Assembly (NCBI GenBank): GCA_013166775.1
Contig: JABLTJ010000005.1
Location: 139-64,138 of the forward strand
From: Promethearchaeati archaeon
GTDB taxonomy: Archaea > Asgardarchaeota > Heimdallarchaeia > Heimdallarchaeales > Heimdallarchaeaceae
Reading direction: 5' to 3'
DNA length: 64,000 bases
Shown here: piece by piece, positions 20,070 through 29,546 of the stretch
Numbering within the stretch: the stretch's first letter is position 1
Layout of the letters: each line of letters opens with the position of its first letter
The notes under the pieces: model-generated
The model's input: the letters and a program-made list of their open reading frames with translations, nothing else
What the model was told of the DNA's origin: nothing
Databases searched by the model: none
Translations under genes and position numbers: made by a program

Positions 20070-20792
20070 TTATTTCTTCTTTTTCTCAATTTCATAATGT
20101 TCAATGAAAGTAACTTTATTGTATTTGGTGGATACCTCTCCCAAATCTCTAGTTACACCATTTCTTATGAATTGAATATATTCCATAAAACGTGTGTTCT
20201 TAGGTAACTCTACAATTATACTCTTGTCTTTTAGTTCAATTTTAGTGGATGAAAAATCAACCCCTGGTAGTCTCTTCTCAAGTAAACAGACAAACTGCTC
20301 TGTAATGTCTGTGATCTTCTTCACTATTTCTATTTCATAAATTAGATCATGTCCTGCCAAATCGTGATTGAAGTCAACTTTTACTCTGCTGCTTGAAACC
20401 TTCAAAATTCTCCCTGATTGACCTCCTATCTCAACTTTCATATCTTCTTTAGGCTTGATTTGATGTCTTTGAAACTCCCTTCGTTGAATCAACCTAATTT
20501 TAGATCTATCTCTTAATCCAAAGCCTTCTTTAGCTTCGATATCAAAGGTTTTTGTATCTCCTTCTTTCATACCAATTAGTTTCTTTTCGAATCCGGGTGG
20601 TAGCCAATTCTTTCCAATAATTAGTGTAAATGGACAGTATATAATTTTCTCGTCAAAGATACTTTCTTTCTTAGCTGTACTCTCATAAGTTGTATCGAAG
20701 ACAGAATTATCTTCTTTCATTCTTCCAATGTAGTTTACTTTAACCATATCGCCTGTTTCAAGAGATGTCATTTTTACACCACAATTATACAA
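20070..20792 (-). CDS. FKBP-type peptidyl-prolyl cis-trans isomerase (long archaeal type)
   Basis: GDMVKVNYIGRMKEDNSVFDTT and GMKEGDTKTF form an FKBP core, followed by a C-terminal extra domain. The ORF starts at TTG 20792; ATG at 20771 (MTSLETGD) is the likely start. Confidence 0.8.
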   Translation of the reverse strand: MYNCGVKMTSLETGDMVKVNYIGRMKEDNSVFDTTYESTAKKESIFDEKIIYCPFTLIIGKNWLPPGFEKKLIGMKEGDTKTFDIEAKEGFGLRDRSKIRLIQRREFQRHQIKPKEDMKVEIGGQSGRILKVSSSRVKVDFNHDLAGHDLIYEIEIVKKITDITEQFVCLLEKRLPGVDFSSTKIELKDKSIIVELPKNTRFMEYIQFIRNGVTRDLGEVSTKYNKVTFIEHYEIEKKKK

Positions 20793-20855
20793 TTACCAAT
20801 AACGAAGTAATGCTTCAGTTTTATTTACCTTCTGTTTTTTCACTTAAATATGTAG

Positions 20856-21566
20856 CTATGAAAGTTTTTTAATTGTCATTTCGAAATTTGAATTCTCTAT
20901 TCCGTTTTCAGCTTGTTTTACAAAATCTTTGAGCATTTCTGTTTCTTCCTCTGCTATTTTCTTAGTTAGATCAAATCTCATCAAACCTGAAAGTCTGAAT
21001 AATTTTTCTTCAAAATGCTCTAATGCTCGCTCTAGCCCATATCCATTTTCTACACTATAGCTAATTGTTCTGTAGAGACCAATGGCTCCTAAAGCATCCA
21101 AAGCGTCTGCATCCTTAAGGATTTTACCTTCTTTTGTAGCAGGTTCTCTTTTCTTGCTATATCTATGGCTCAATATTATGTCTCTAATTTCCGGTACCAT
21201 ATCATTAAAAGAATTTTGTATCAAGAAAGAAGATGCAATTTCAGAGCTTGTCTCAGCATGGCATTTACTTAATGCATCTTCTAGTGATCTCCCAACATCA
21301 TGGAAAAGTGCTGCAATTACGACAACATCGACAGCGCCATTCAATTTACATGCAAGATTAATACAAGAATTTACAACCCTGATAGTATGTTCTAAGGAAT
21401 GGGATTCTTTAATATTATAAAGTAGAAATTGCTGTTTAACAAATTGATAAGCTTTTATTAGAAATTCTCTAAATTCAGTTACACTTGAGAAATATTTCAG
21501 ATTCTCTTTTTGAATTTTCATTTTACTATCTCCTTTCATGAATATTGTGAATTTGTCCTTCAACAC
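20856..21566 (-). CDS. HD-domain phosphohydrolase
   Basis: Motifs: HSLEHTIRV, ALFHDVGR and DADALDALG. The likely start is MKIQKE at about 21521, which overlaps the stop of the upstream gene. Confidence 0.75.
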   Translation of the reverse strand: MLKDKFTIFMKGDSKMKIQKENLKYFSSVTEFREFLIKAYQFVKQQFLLYNIKESHSLEHTIRVVNSCINLACKLNGAVDVVVIAALFHDVGRSLEDALSKCHAETSSEIASSFLIQNSFNDMVPEIRDIILSHRYSKKREPATKEGKILKDADALDALGAIGLYRTISYSVENGYGLERALEHFEEKLFRLSGLMRFDLTKKIAEEETEMLKDFVKQAENGIENSNFEMTIKKLS

Positions 21567-22176
21567 TAAAGTCTTCTCTTATCGTAATTACTGCGTAATT
21601 TCCTCTTGTTATAGGTCCTGGATTGACTATTGTACAATTATCTATAACTGAAATTGTTGGAGAATCATGGATGTGTCCAGAAACAATTAGAAATATATTT
21701 TGAAATTTCTCCATAGCTATTTTCACTTTTCTTGATCCAGCGTGACGGTCAAAAGAAACAATGTCCGCTCTTGTTCCATAAGGTGGAGCATGAGTAAGTA
21801 GGCATATTTTTTCATCAATTTTCTTCATCTTTTTCAAGAGTTTAGAGTTTATATTGGGAATATGATCACCAAATCCAATAATTGTAAAAAAATCAAGTTT
21901 CCAAGGGTTTGATTCTACAAATATGGCGCTAGTTGATATGTTTTCTAAATCGAAATAAGGATCACAATTACCAAGAATAAAGAATGTATCTCCAAAATCC
22001 TGTGTTATTCTATTTAATACATAATTCAAGTCCTCATATGATCCAAAATTAGTAATATCTCCAGCTATTAAGCAGATTTCAGGCGGATTGGGTGATTTTT
22101 TCACTTGCTTCAGAACAGAATTTAGAGTTACTGTTTGATTATGAATATCCGAAAGAATTAATATCTTCAAGGGCAA
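21526..22176 (-). CDS. calcineurin-like metallophosphoesterase
   Basis: 216 aa carrying the classic MPE motif series: LSDIHN, AGDITNFG, GNCD, THAPP and SGHIHD. Confidence 0.8.
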   Translation of the reverse strand: MPLKILILSDIHNQTVTLNSVLKQVKKSPNPPEICLIAGDITNFGSYEDLNYVLNRITQDFGDTFFILGNCDPYFDLENISTSAIFVESNPWKLDFFTIIGFGDHIPNINSKLLKKMKKIDEKICLLTHAPPYGTRADIVSFDRHAGSRKVKIAMEKFQNIFLIVSGHIHDSPTISVIDNCTIVNPGPITRGNYAVITIREDFSVEGQIHNIHERR

Positions 22177-22181
22177 CAGAT

Positions 22182-22859
22182 TTACACCACTGTAATAAAT
22201 AGTTCCAAGAAAGTGAATACCCCTGTATAAACAAACTTGTCTTCTTCTGTGTCAAATTTCCATAGTTCAAATACAATCTTTATACTTCTATCTCCTCCTA
22301 GAAAGAGTAAGACATTCCCATTTACATAAAGAGTTGTGTTAGTTGGCTCCCAGATGTAATGATCATTGAACTGGCTAGGTGATTCTTTTTCTGCTTTTGT
22401 TGCATAGGAAAGTATTTTTTCGTAGGTGTTATTTGAGTACATTTGATAGCTTATGGAAGACGAAAGAGGAAACATTGTACTGAGATTCTGTGATAATTTA
22501 GTAAGTTTAATCTGTAATTGGTAATAAGCAACTTTATTTTCGAAATTTTTCACAACAAAGAATATAGATGCATTTCTATCTGTATACAGTCCTGCTGGAT
22601 ATCCAAATGTAACATAAGTATCAAGATCCTCTCTATAGACATATAAAGATAATTCAGAGAATCCTTCATCTGAGAATGGTATGAAAATAACGAACACAAT
22701 TATTAGAGTAGAAGAAATTACAAGAACAGTAAAACTAAGTGCAACCATTTTCTCCAACTTTAAATTATGAAAAAATTTTTTTGGTTTCTTATTCTCTGTC
22801 ATCTTTAACCGCCTTAGAAGTTTCTTCATAAACAATAACGAGTTTGCCATACTCTTCAA
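22182..22859 (-). CDS. membrane-anchored protein resembling the extracellular half of DUF1616
   Basis: It has one N-terminal TM helix. FSELSLYVYRED...YPAGLYTDRNASIFFVVKNFENKVAYYQLQIKL resembles the post-TM region of archaeal DUF1616 proteins (from memory). The likely start is MTENKK at about 22802. Confidence 0.45.
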   Translation of the reverse strand: MKSMANSLLFMKKLLRRLKMTENKKPKKFFHNLKLEKMVALSFTVLVISSTLIIVFVIFIPFSDEGFSELSLYVYREDLDTYVTFGYPAGLYTDRNASIFFVVKNFENKVAYYQLQIKLTKLSQNLSTMFPLSSSISYQMYSNNTYEKILSYATKAEKESPSQFNDHYIWEPTNTTLYVNGNVLLFLGGDRSIKIVFELWKFDTEEDKFVYTGVFTFLELFITVV

Positions 22860-23325
22860 GTTGCTTTGTTTTATACCATGGGTAGATTTTCTTGAAGAAT
22901 ATAAATACTAAAGCAACGGATACTAAAGCAGATATAGAACCCAATAGAGAAAAGATAAGTCTTGATTTCTGCTTTGATGAACCTGCCGTTTCTGTAATTT
23001 CTTCTATAAGTTGATCAAGCTGTTCAGTTGCACTGTTTGCTTTTTGTAATGCTGAATCATAATCCCCCTCTAGATATTTATCGCTAGCTTCTTTGATTAA
23101 ATTTCTAGCAGAATCTGCCCTCACAACCAAATCCTTTATTTCTATCTTTTTTGTTTCGCTTTCTTCTAAAAGAATGATAACCTCAATAAGCTTTTCTTGT
23201 GCATTTTGAATGGAATTTGCCGCATCTTGTTCTAATTGAGCAAAAGAGGATTGAGCTGTTATGACAGTAAAGAAAATAAAAAAGAATCCAAAAGATATTG
23301 GAGATTTTCGTATTTTTGCTCTCAT
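22789..23325 (-). CDS. secreted coiled-coil protein with C-terminal TM anchor
   Basis: 178 aa with a signal peptide ending SSFAQ, a helical ectodomain and a TM helix near the C-terminus. Its start overlaps the stop of the upstream gene by 4 nt. Confidence 0.45.
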   Translation of the reverse strand: MRAKIRKSPISFGFFFIFFTVITAQSSFAQLEQDAANSIQNAQEKLIEVIILLEESETKKIEIKDLVVRADSARNLIKEASDKYLEGDYDSALQKANSATEQLDQLIEEITETAGSSKQKSRLIFSLLGSISALVSVALVFIFFKKIYPWYKTKQLEEYGKLVIVYEETSKAVKDDRE

Positions 23326-23981
23326 TTCATTTCACTTTTTTTGAACAATGAATTGAACCAATTGGTTACTACCTTATGTCTATTAGAACCTAGTAAAATC
23401 CTAATGGCTGTTGAAATTAACAATGCTACTATTGTTAGACAACCAATTACTATAACAAAAGGTATTGAATCAATAATCCAAACAGTATTTAGAATCAGCC
23501 CTGTAAAGATTGAAATTCCTATGTTGATACCTATACTAATTAGCACTCTTTCAGTTTGATCTATTTTTTCATAAATCCTCGGAAAGAGAATATTCGTAAT
23601 AACCCACCCTGGAATAAAAATACCAAATAATATGCCCATAATGACTCTCAAAAACAAAATAGGAGAATCTGGTGGAATAAAAATAATAATGGGAAAGAAA
23701 ATCAAAATCAGAAATCCAATTAACCAAAACTCTATTGAGAAGTAGTGCAATTTAAAAACAAAGCTATAGAGTGTTTCTGGTAGAATTCGCTTAATTTTTG
23801 GTGAACCTAATCGTATGGTTTTTGTTTTTTCCAGCTCTTGAATCAAACTATAAATTTCTTCTTTACTTTTTCCAGTTAAATCTATAGTCTTCTTTACAAG
23901 CTCTCTTACAGTTTTTGGCTTTTCATCAGCTAAAGTTTTCTGAATGATTTTTTTCAAGCCATTCGTTTCTTGCTTATTCAT
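23322..23981 (-). CDS. wHTH + 4-TM protein resembling the N-terminal membrane half of DUF1616
   Basis: The N-terminal segment TVRELVKKTIDLTGKSKEEIYSLIQELEK looks like a wHTH. LRVIMGILFGIFIPGWVITNILFPR...ERVLISIGINIGI resembles the DUF1616 membrane core (LR...PGY...FP...ER). Confidence 0.5.
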   Translation of the reverse strand: MNKQETNGLKKIIQKTLADEKPKTVRELVKKTIDLTGKSKEEIYSLIQELEKTKTIRLGSPKIKRILPETLYSFVFKLHYFSIEFWLIGFLILIFFPIIIFIPPDSPILFLRVIMGILFGIFIPGWVITNILFPRIYEKIDQTERVLISIGINIGISIFTGLILNTVWIIDSIPFVIVIGCLTIVALLISTAIRILLGSNRHKVVTNWFNSLFKKSEMK

Positions 23982-24057
23982 ATTTTGGATAATAGTTAAT
24001 TCGTAATAAAAAAAGGTTTGTGAAAAATGTTGGAAGATTTAATTCCATTCACATATA

Positions 24058-25245
24058 TTATTTTAATTCCTCAACAGTTTTTCGTAGTTCTTCAATTTTA
24101 TCCGTTTTTTCCCAAGTAAATTCGGGAAGATCTCTCCCAAAATGACCATAACAAGATGTTTTCTTATAGATTGGTCTCTTAAGCTTCAAATAATCAATAA
24201 TAAATCCAGGACGGAAATCAAATACTTTCATCACAGCTTCTCTTAACTGATTGATTGGAATTTTTTCAGTACCAAAACACTCAATATTCATAGCTAGAGG
24301 TATGGGTTCTCCTATGGCATAAGAGACTTGGATTTCACATTTAGAAGCTAATCCTGCTGCAACAACGTTTTTTGTTACATATCTTGCTGCATATGAAGCT
24401 GAACGATCAACTTTCGAAGGATCTTTACCAGAAAATGCTCCTCCTCCATGACTGTCGACTCCTCCATAAGTATCAACAATGATTTTTCTTCCTGTTAAAC
24501 CAGAATCTCCATGTGGTCCACCAATAACAAAACGACCAGTTCTATTAATGAATATCTTCGTTTTTTCATCGATGAAATCACTTGGAATTATTGGTTTGAT
24601 TACTTCTTTCATTATTCCTTCGTTTATCTCTTCATTTGAGACTTCTTCAGTATGATGAGCTGCAATAACTACTGCCTCAACTCGAAAGGGAGTATCTCCT
24701 TCATATTCAACAGCAACAAGAGATTTACCATCTGGTCTTAGAAATGGAAGAATACCTTTCTTTCTTACCTCAGTTAATCTCATAGTAAGCTTGTGAGCAA
24801 GAACGATTGGTAAAGGCATAAATTCCGGAGTTTCATCTGTTGCAAAACCAAACATTATTCCTTGATCTCCTGCACCTTGCTGTTCCAATTCTCCTTTCTT
24901 AATGCCTTGTGCAATGTCTGGTGATTGGGAATGAATGGTATTGATTATAGCACAACCTCTATAATCAAATCCTATCTTTGAATCATTGTAACCAATTTCC
25001 TTGATTGTCTCACGAACTACTTTTTCATAATCAATGATAACAGGTTTAGTTGTAGTTATCTCACCACCAATCAACACTAGACCAGTAGTTACGAAACATT
25101 CACAGGCTACATGCGCGTTAGGATCTTTAGACAAAAGCTCATCTAATATCGCATCTGATATTTGATCACATATCTTATCTGGATGCCCCTCTGTTACTGA
25201 TTCTGACGCAATTATCTTTCGTAAACTCAATATAAAACGCTCCAA
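24058..25245 (-). CDS. metK: S-adenosylmethionine synthetase, bacterial/eukaryotic MetK type
   Basis: 395 aa. [50 protein letters not shown] and the rest of the sequence are colinear with canonical MetK, not the divergent archaeal MAT. Confidence 0.95.
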   Translation of the reverse strand: MERFILSLRKIIASESVTEGHPDKICDQISDAILDELLSKDPNAHVACECFVTTGLVLIGGEITTTKPVIIDYEKVVRETIKEIGYNDSKIGFDYRGCAIINTIHSQSPDIAQGIKKGELEQQGAGDQGIMFGFATDETPEFMPLPIVLAHKLTMRLTEVRKKGILPFLRPDGKSLVAVEYEGDTPFRVEAVVIAAHHTEEVSNEEINEGIMKEVIKPIIPSDFIDEKTKIFINRTGRFVIGGPHGDSGLTGRKIIVDTYGGVDSHGGGAFSGKDPSKVDRSASYAARYVTKNVVAAGLASKCEIQVSYAIGEPIPLAMNIECFGTEKIPINQLREAVMKVFDFRPGFIIDYLKLKRPIYKKTSCYGHFGRDLPEFTWEKTDKIEELRKTVEELK

Positions 25246-25341
25246 GAAATGATATTTTACTGATAAACTAATGATAGATTATAAAATAATTACGGTAATT
25301 ATGTGATAATTCAAAGCACCAGATTTTGCCAGAAATTAATT

Positions 25342-26052
25342 CTATAAATTTCTTGATTCTGAGTTCTGTTTAATCTCTTTAATCCAGCCAATAAGATCAT
25401 CTTTAGTAGGGATGTCCTCTGGATTATTGCTTTTCGCAGCAAAAACTAGTTTTGTTGATAATTTTTCAATTTCATGTAGTAACATGGGGCTGTATCCCTT
25501 TTCTAGAAGACTATCCCTAATCTTTATCAATTGATTGGAAATTTTCAGTAACTCATTTGAGATATCTAGACTTTGTTCTATAAGTAGTTCTATCAAACTA
25601 AATGATTCTTCTATGGTTGATATTTTTGGATGGAATGTTTCATTCAGATGCTTGGCAATGTGATTAATTATATCTCTTTGAGTTTCTTCACGTTTTTTTT
25701 CTGCTTCTTTATGTTTCTTTTCCAAAATAACACTAGAAAGATGTCTTAGAGTATTCTCTAACACTTCTTGAGATTGCAATTCAGGAATTAGATGAATTAG
25801 ATGTGTTTTAACAAGGACTCTTCTTTCATTCTTCAGAAAATAGCTGTATTCATCTTTTGATAAAATTCCTGAGGAAACGAGTTCTTTTATTGATTCTCTA
25901 AAACTCTCTCTATTTCCCCTGCCTTTCCAGTAGGAAGAATCGATGTTTTCTTTTAATTTATAAGTAATTTCATCTAATATTGAAGTTTTGGCAGATTCCA
26001 TGTAAAATACTCTTATTCTTATTGTTAATAAGAATTTCTTAAGCTGAAACAT
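25342..26052 (-). CDS. hypothetical alpha-helical protein
   Basis: 236-aa ORF (likely start MESAKT). It is charged and helical, and I recognise no motif. Confidence 0.4.
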   Translation of the reverse strand: MFQLKKFLLTIRIRVFYMESAKTSILDEITYKLKENIDSSYWKGRGNRESFRESIKELVSSGILSKDEYSYFLKNERRVLVKTHLIHLIPELQSQEVLENTLRHLSSVILEKKHKEAEKKREETQRDIINHIAKHLNETFHPKISTIEESFSLIELLIEQSLDISNELLKISNQLIKIRDSLLEKGYSPMLLHEIEKLSTKLVFAAKSNNPEDIPTKDDLIGWIKEIKQNSESRNL

Positions 26053-26124
26053 TCAACAGGAGTTTTTGAAAACGATTTTAGCATAAATAGCATAAAATAT
26101 TAAATATCCCCTTGAGATATTTAA

Positions 26125-26859
26125 TTGAAAATGTCAGACAATGTTGGAGTTCTTTTTTGTGGTGGCGAAGGGACAAGAATGCGACCTCTTACCTATTATT
26201 TACAAAAAGTTATGATGCCAATAGGAGAAGATCAAATTCCTTTACTAGAATATGTGATTAAGCATTTTAAGAAACATAATATAAATGATTTAATTCTTCT
26301 GGTTAATTATAAGAAAGAGCAAATACAAGGTTATTTTGAAGAAGGTGAAAGGTGGGGTATGAATTTAACATATGTTCCTGATAAACCTGGATTGAAGGGT
26401 ACAGGAACTGCTCTTTTGAACGCTGAGAATTTCATCAATAAACGAAGAATGATAATTTACTACACCGATATCATTACAAATGTTAATCTTTCAGAAATGC
26501 TAAGTTTTCATGAACAACATAAGAAGTGGGCTACAATTCTGCTTTCAAAAGGTTGGCAAATAAGGGTTGGTACTGCTGAAATCGACAAAGAAAACCACAT
26601 CACTAAATTTGCAGAAAAACCAATTCTTCCTCTGTTTGTAAATACGGGGATAAGTATTTTAGAACCAAGTATATTTGATTATCTTAAAAATTTTGAACCC
26701 AATCAGAGTATAGATCTATCGAAAGATATCTTCCCACACTTTGTCCAAAAGGACAACATTATGGCTTATACTCAAGAGGATTGTTTTTGGGAGGACATTG
26801 GTTCAATTGAACGATATGAGAAACTTGATCATAAAAGGATTACAGAGTTAATGAAATGA
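26125..26859 (+). CDS. sugar-1-phosphate nucleotidyltransferase
   Basis: 244 aa. The N-terminal LFCGGEGTRMRPLT is the GxGxR(x)PLT NTP-transferase signature. Confidence 0.75.
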   Translation: MKMSDNVGVLFCGGEGTRMRPLTYYLQKVMMPIGEDQIPLLEYVIKHFKKHNINDLILLVNYKKEQIQGYFEEGERWGMNLTYVPDKPGLKGTGTALLNAENFINKRRMIIYYTDIITNVNLSEMLSFHEQHKKWATILLSKGWQIRVGTAEIDKENHITKFAEKPILPLFVNTGISILEPSIFDYLKNFEPNQSIDLSKDIFPHFVQKDNIMAYTQEDCFWEDIGSIERYEKLDHKRITELMK

Positions 26860-26928
26860 AGAAATTTGTAAAATTAAAAATAAGTTTATAATTTATCACT
26901 TTCCTATGGAATATATTAATTAAATCAT

Positions 26929-27330
26929 GTGATTGAAATGAAACATAGATTGATGGATTTACTTGCTTGTCCTTTAGATAAGTCATGGCCTTTAGAACTG
27001 GAGATTCTTGAAGAGGAAATGGAGCAAGAAGAAATTCCCCTCCCAATAGAGAACAAATTTACCAATGTGATTTGTAGTTTTTACTGTAATTTCAAGAAAT
27101 TCGTTTTAGTAAATCTGCTAGAAGATGAAAGTGAAGAAACAAAGCCAAAAGAAGAAATAGAAAAACACGTTACTCTAAAGGATTGCAAGAATTGTTTTCA
27201 AATAGAGATTCAAAACGGAAAATTATATTGTACAGAAGAAAAAGATAAACATATTTACGAAATAAAAGAGGGAATTCCCATTATGCTTTCTCAGGATCAA
27301 ATTGAAGAGCTTTATAGAAAAAAGAAATAA
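26929..27330 (+). CDS. Trm112-like protein with a long internal insertion
   Basis: 133 aa. The N-terminal LMDLLACPLDK and the C-terminal GKLYC...HIYEIKEGIPIML form the Trm112/DUF343 zinc-knuckle halves. They are separated by about 60 residues containing extra Cys pairs. Confidence 0.55.
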   Translation: MIEMKHRLMDLLACPLDKSWPLELEILEEEMEQEEIPLPIENKFTNVICSFYCNFKKFVLVNLLEDESEETKPKEEIEKHVTLKDCKNCFQIEIQNGKLYCTEEKDKHIYEIKEGIPIMLSQDQIEELYRKKK

Positions 27331-27369
27331 TTGCTCTGAACAACATTCCATTTTTCTCGGTCTTCTTGT

Positions 27370-27681
27370 TTATTCTTTAATTTCATTACTTTCAGTTTTT
27401 TTTACTGAATCTTCATTTTTAGTTTGTCTTTTTCTAATCTCCCATATAAAATATGCAACTTCAATTCCTAACCCTATTGCTAGAAGTACATTTATGATTA
27501 TGATTTTATTTCTTAAACCCTCAAAAGAAAACAAGAACTGTTGTACAGATAAGAATATAATATACACTATCACGGTCAAAAGCAACATAATAAAATGAAC
27601 ACTAGATGCTTGATCCAATCGTGGAAGACTTCTCTTCTTCTTTTTTTTCCCATCCTTTACTATTTCTTTCTCTTCATTCAT
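27370..27681 (-). CDS. small two-TM membrane protein
   Basis: 103 aa with a charged N-terminus (KKKKKR), two hydrophobic helices and a charged tail. Its ATG overlaps the mutL stop (ATGA at 27678-27681). Confidence 0.4.
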   Translation of the reverse strand: MNEEKEIVKDGKKKKKRSLPRLDQASSVHFIMLLLTVIVYIIFLSVQQFLFSFEGLRNKIIIINVLLAIGLGIEVAYFIWEIRKRQTKNEDSVKKTESNEIKE

Positions 27682-29501
27682 CTATAATCCCTTTGAAAGA
27701 TTTCTTCTATATATTTCTCGTTTAGGATAATAATTGTAGGTCGTCCATGAGGACATGTAAAAGGCTCTTTTAAAGATAAAAGTTCAGCGATAAGCTTTTC
27801 TGCTTCTCTAACAGAGATTTTATCACCTGACTTTATAGATCTTCTACAGGCAAATAAAGATACTATCTCCTTTATGAAGTCAAGATCCTCTAGCACAAGA
27901 TTTTCTTTGATTTCCTTATTATGCTCTTTGAAAATATCTATTATGTCTTTTGCAACTTCATGTGAGATAGTTACACCCATTATTGATGGAATAGATCTTA
28001 TCAAAATTTCATTCTTACCAAACACCTCAACATCAAAACCATAGACTTTCAATTGTAGCTTCATTTCTTCAATCATTTGAAATTCTGACGGTTTAAGTTG
28101 CACTGAGACAGGAGCTAGTAATTTTTGTACACTAACCTTCATATTTTCTAATTGTCTTAGATACTTTGAATAATTAATTTTTTCGTGGGCTGCATGTTGA
28201 TCACATAAAAGCAATCCTTCTTCTGTTTCTGCTATGATATACGTGCTTTTGATTAAACCTATAACCCTAATGCTTACTTTTTTCTCGATTTGAATTTCTT
28301 TGTCTCTCCCCTTCTTATCACCTTCTGGAAGGAAATGTTCTATTGGTTGATCTCTTCGTTTAATCATCCTAATTGAGGTTTTATCTTCAACAGTTGATTT
28401 AATCCTAGTTGTATCAGAAAATTGAGTGTTTGCAATTACTTTTTCCTTAGAAATTTCCTTGAAAAGAGTAGGTTGTACTCTGGTATCACTAACTCTTTCA
28501 AATATTTTTAATCCGTTTTCAGTTAATGAATTTTGAACACAAGACTCTACAAGACTAAAAATGAAAGGTTCCTTGCTGAATCGTATTTCTTTTTTAGTAG
28601 GATGAACATTGACATCTACTTCTTCTGTAGGTAAATCTAGAAACAGAAACACTATTGGATATCTGTCACTAGGTATGGCGGTACCATACCCTTGTAAAAT
28701 AGCATCTGATATTAGTTTATTAGAAATCGGTCGTTTATTGACAAATATGTACATATAATCTTTGGATTTCCTGGAAAATTCAGGTTTAGTTATAAATCCA
28801 GTAATTAAATAATCATTTTCTTTCTTGTCTATTGATATACAGGCTTTAGCAACTTTATTACCAAAAATAGATGTGATTTGTGAAATTGTATCTCCTTTTG
28901 GAGCAGTGATCAAGCTTTTACCATTATGATTTAGAGAAAAGGAAATATTTGGATACGCTAATGCAAGTTTGGTTGTAAATTCTGTAATGTGATTAATCTC
29001 TGTTGTAATTGATTTCAAGAACTTTCTTCTAACAGGGATATTGAAAAACAAGTTTCTAACGGCAATTCTCGTGCCGTTTGATGCTGTGGTTTTTTTGTTA
29101 ATTTTGATTTCTCCCCCTTTAATTGAAAGAAGTGTTCCTAGCTCATCTTCTTTTGTTTTAGTTGTTATCTCAACTTGAGCTACGCTTACAATACTAGCTA
29201 ATGCTTCTCCTCTGAAACCTAGACTGTGAATAGAAAAAAGATCATCAGCTGTTCTAATCTTGCTTGTTGAATATCTTTGAATTGCTAAAACCGCATCATC
29301 ATGAGACATCCCATTTCCGTTATCCATGATTTCGATTAATTTTTTTCCTCCTTCTTGGATGTTTATGGTGATTTCTGTACTATCAGCATCTATTGAATTC
29401 TCAACAAGCTCTTTTACAACAGAAGATGGTCTTTCGATTACTTCTCCTGCTGCAATTTTATTTATTGTAAGAGAATCTAATTTGATTATTTTCGTTTTCA
29501 T
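27678..29501 (-). CDS. mutL: DNA mismatch repair protein MutL
   Basis: 607 aa. NKIAAGEVIERPSSVVKELVENSIDA is the GHKL ATPase motif; GFRGEAL and the C-terminal ACRRSIKSGD and CPHGRP are also present. Confidence 0.9.
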   Translation of the reverse strand: MKTKIIKLDSLTINKIAAGEVIERPSSVVKELVENSIDADSTEITINIQEGGKKLIEIMDNGNGMSHDDAVLAIQRYSTSKIRTADDLFSIHSLGFRGEALASIVSVAQVEITTKTKEDELGTLLSIKGGEIKINKKTTASNGTRIAVRNLFFNIPVRRKFLKSITTEINHITEFTTKLALAYPNISFSLNHNGKSLITAPKGDTISQITSIFGNKVAKACISIDKKENDYLITGFITKPEFSRKSKDYMYIFVNKRPISNKLISDAILQGYGTAIPSDRYPIVFLFLDLPTEEVDVNVHPTKKEIRFSKEPFIFSLVESCVQNSLTENGLKIFERVSDTRVQPTLFKEISKEKVIANTQFSDTTRIKSTVEDKTSIRMIKRRDQPIEHFLPEGDKKGRDKEIQIEKKVSIRVIGLIKSTYIIAETEEGLLLCDQHAAHEKINYSKYLRQLENMKVSVQKLLAPVSVQLKPSEFQMIEEMKLQLKVYGFDVEVFGKNEILIRSIPSIMGVTISHEVAKDIIDIFKEHNKEIKENLVLEDLDFIKEIVSLFACRRSIKSGDKISVREAEKLIAELLSLKEPFTCPHGRPTIIILNEKYIEEIFQRDYR

Positions 29502-29546
29502 TTAATCACAAGCAAACGATATCATTACAAATACATCTGCTATTTA

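Noticed and set aside
27302-27598. 98-aa plus-strand ORF overlapping the small two-TM ORF downstream of mutL
   Set aside because: It overlaps the end of the Trm112-like gene out of frame. It competes with the minus-strand ORF, which has an ATGA coupling to mutL and a more protein-like charge/TM layout. I kept the minus-strand ORF, at low confidence.
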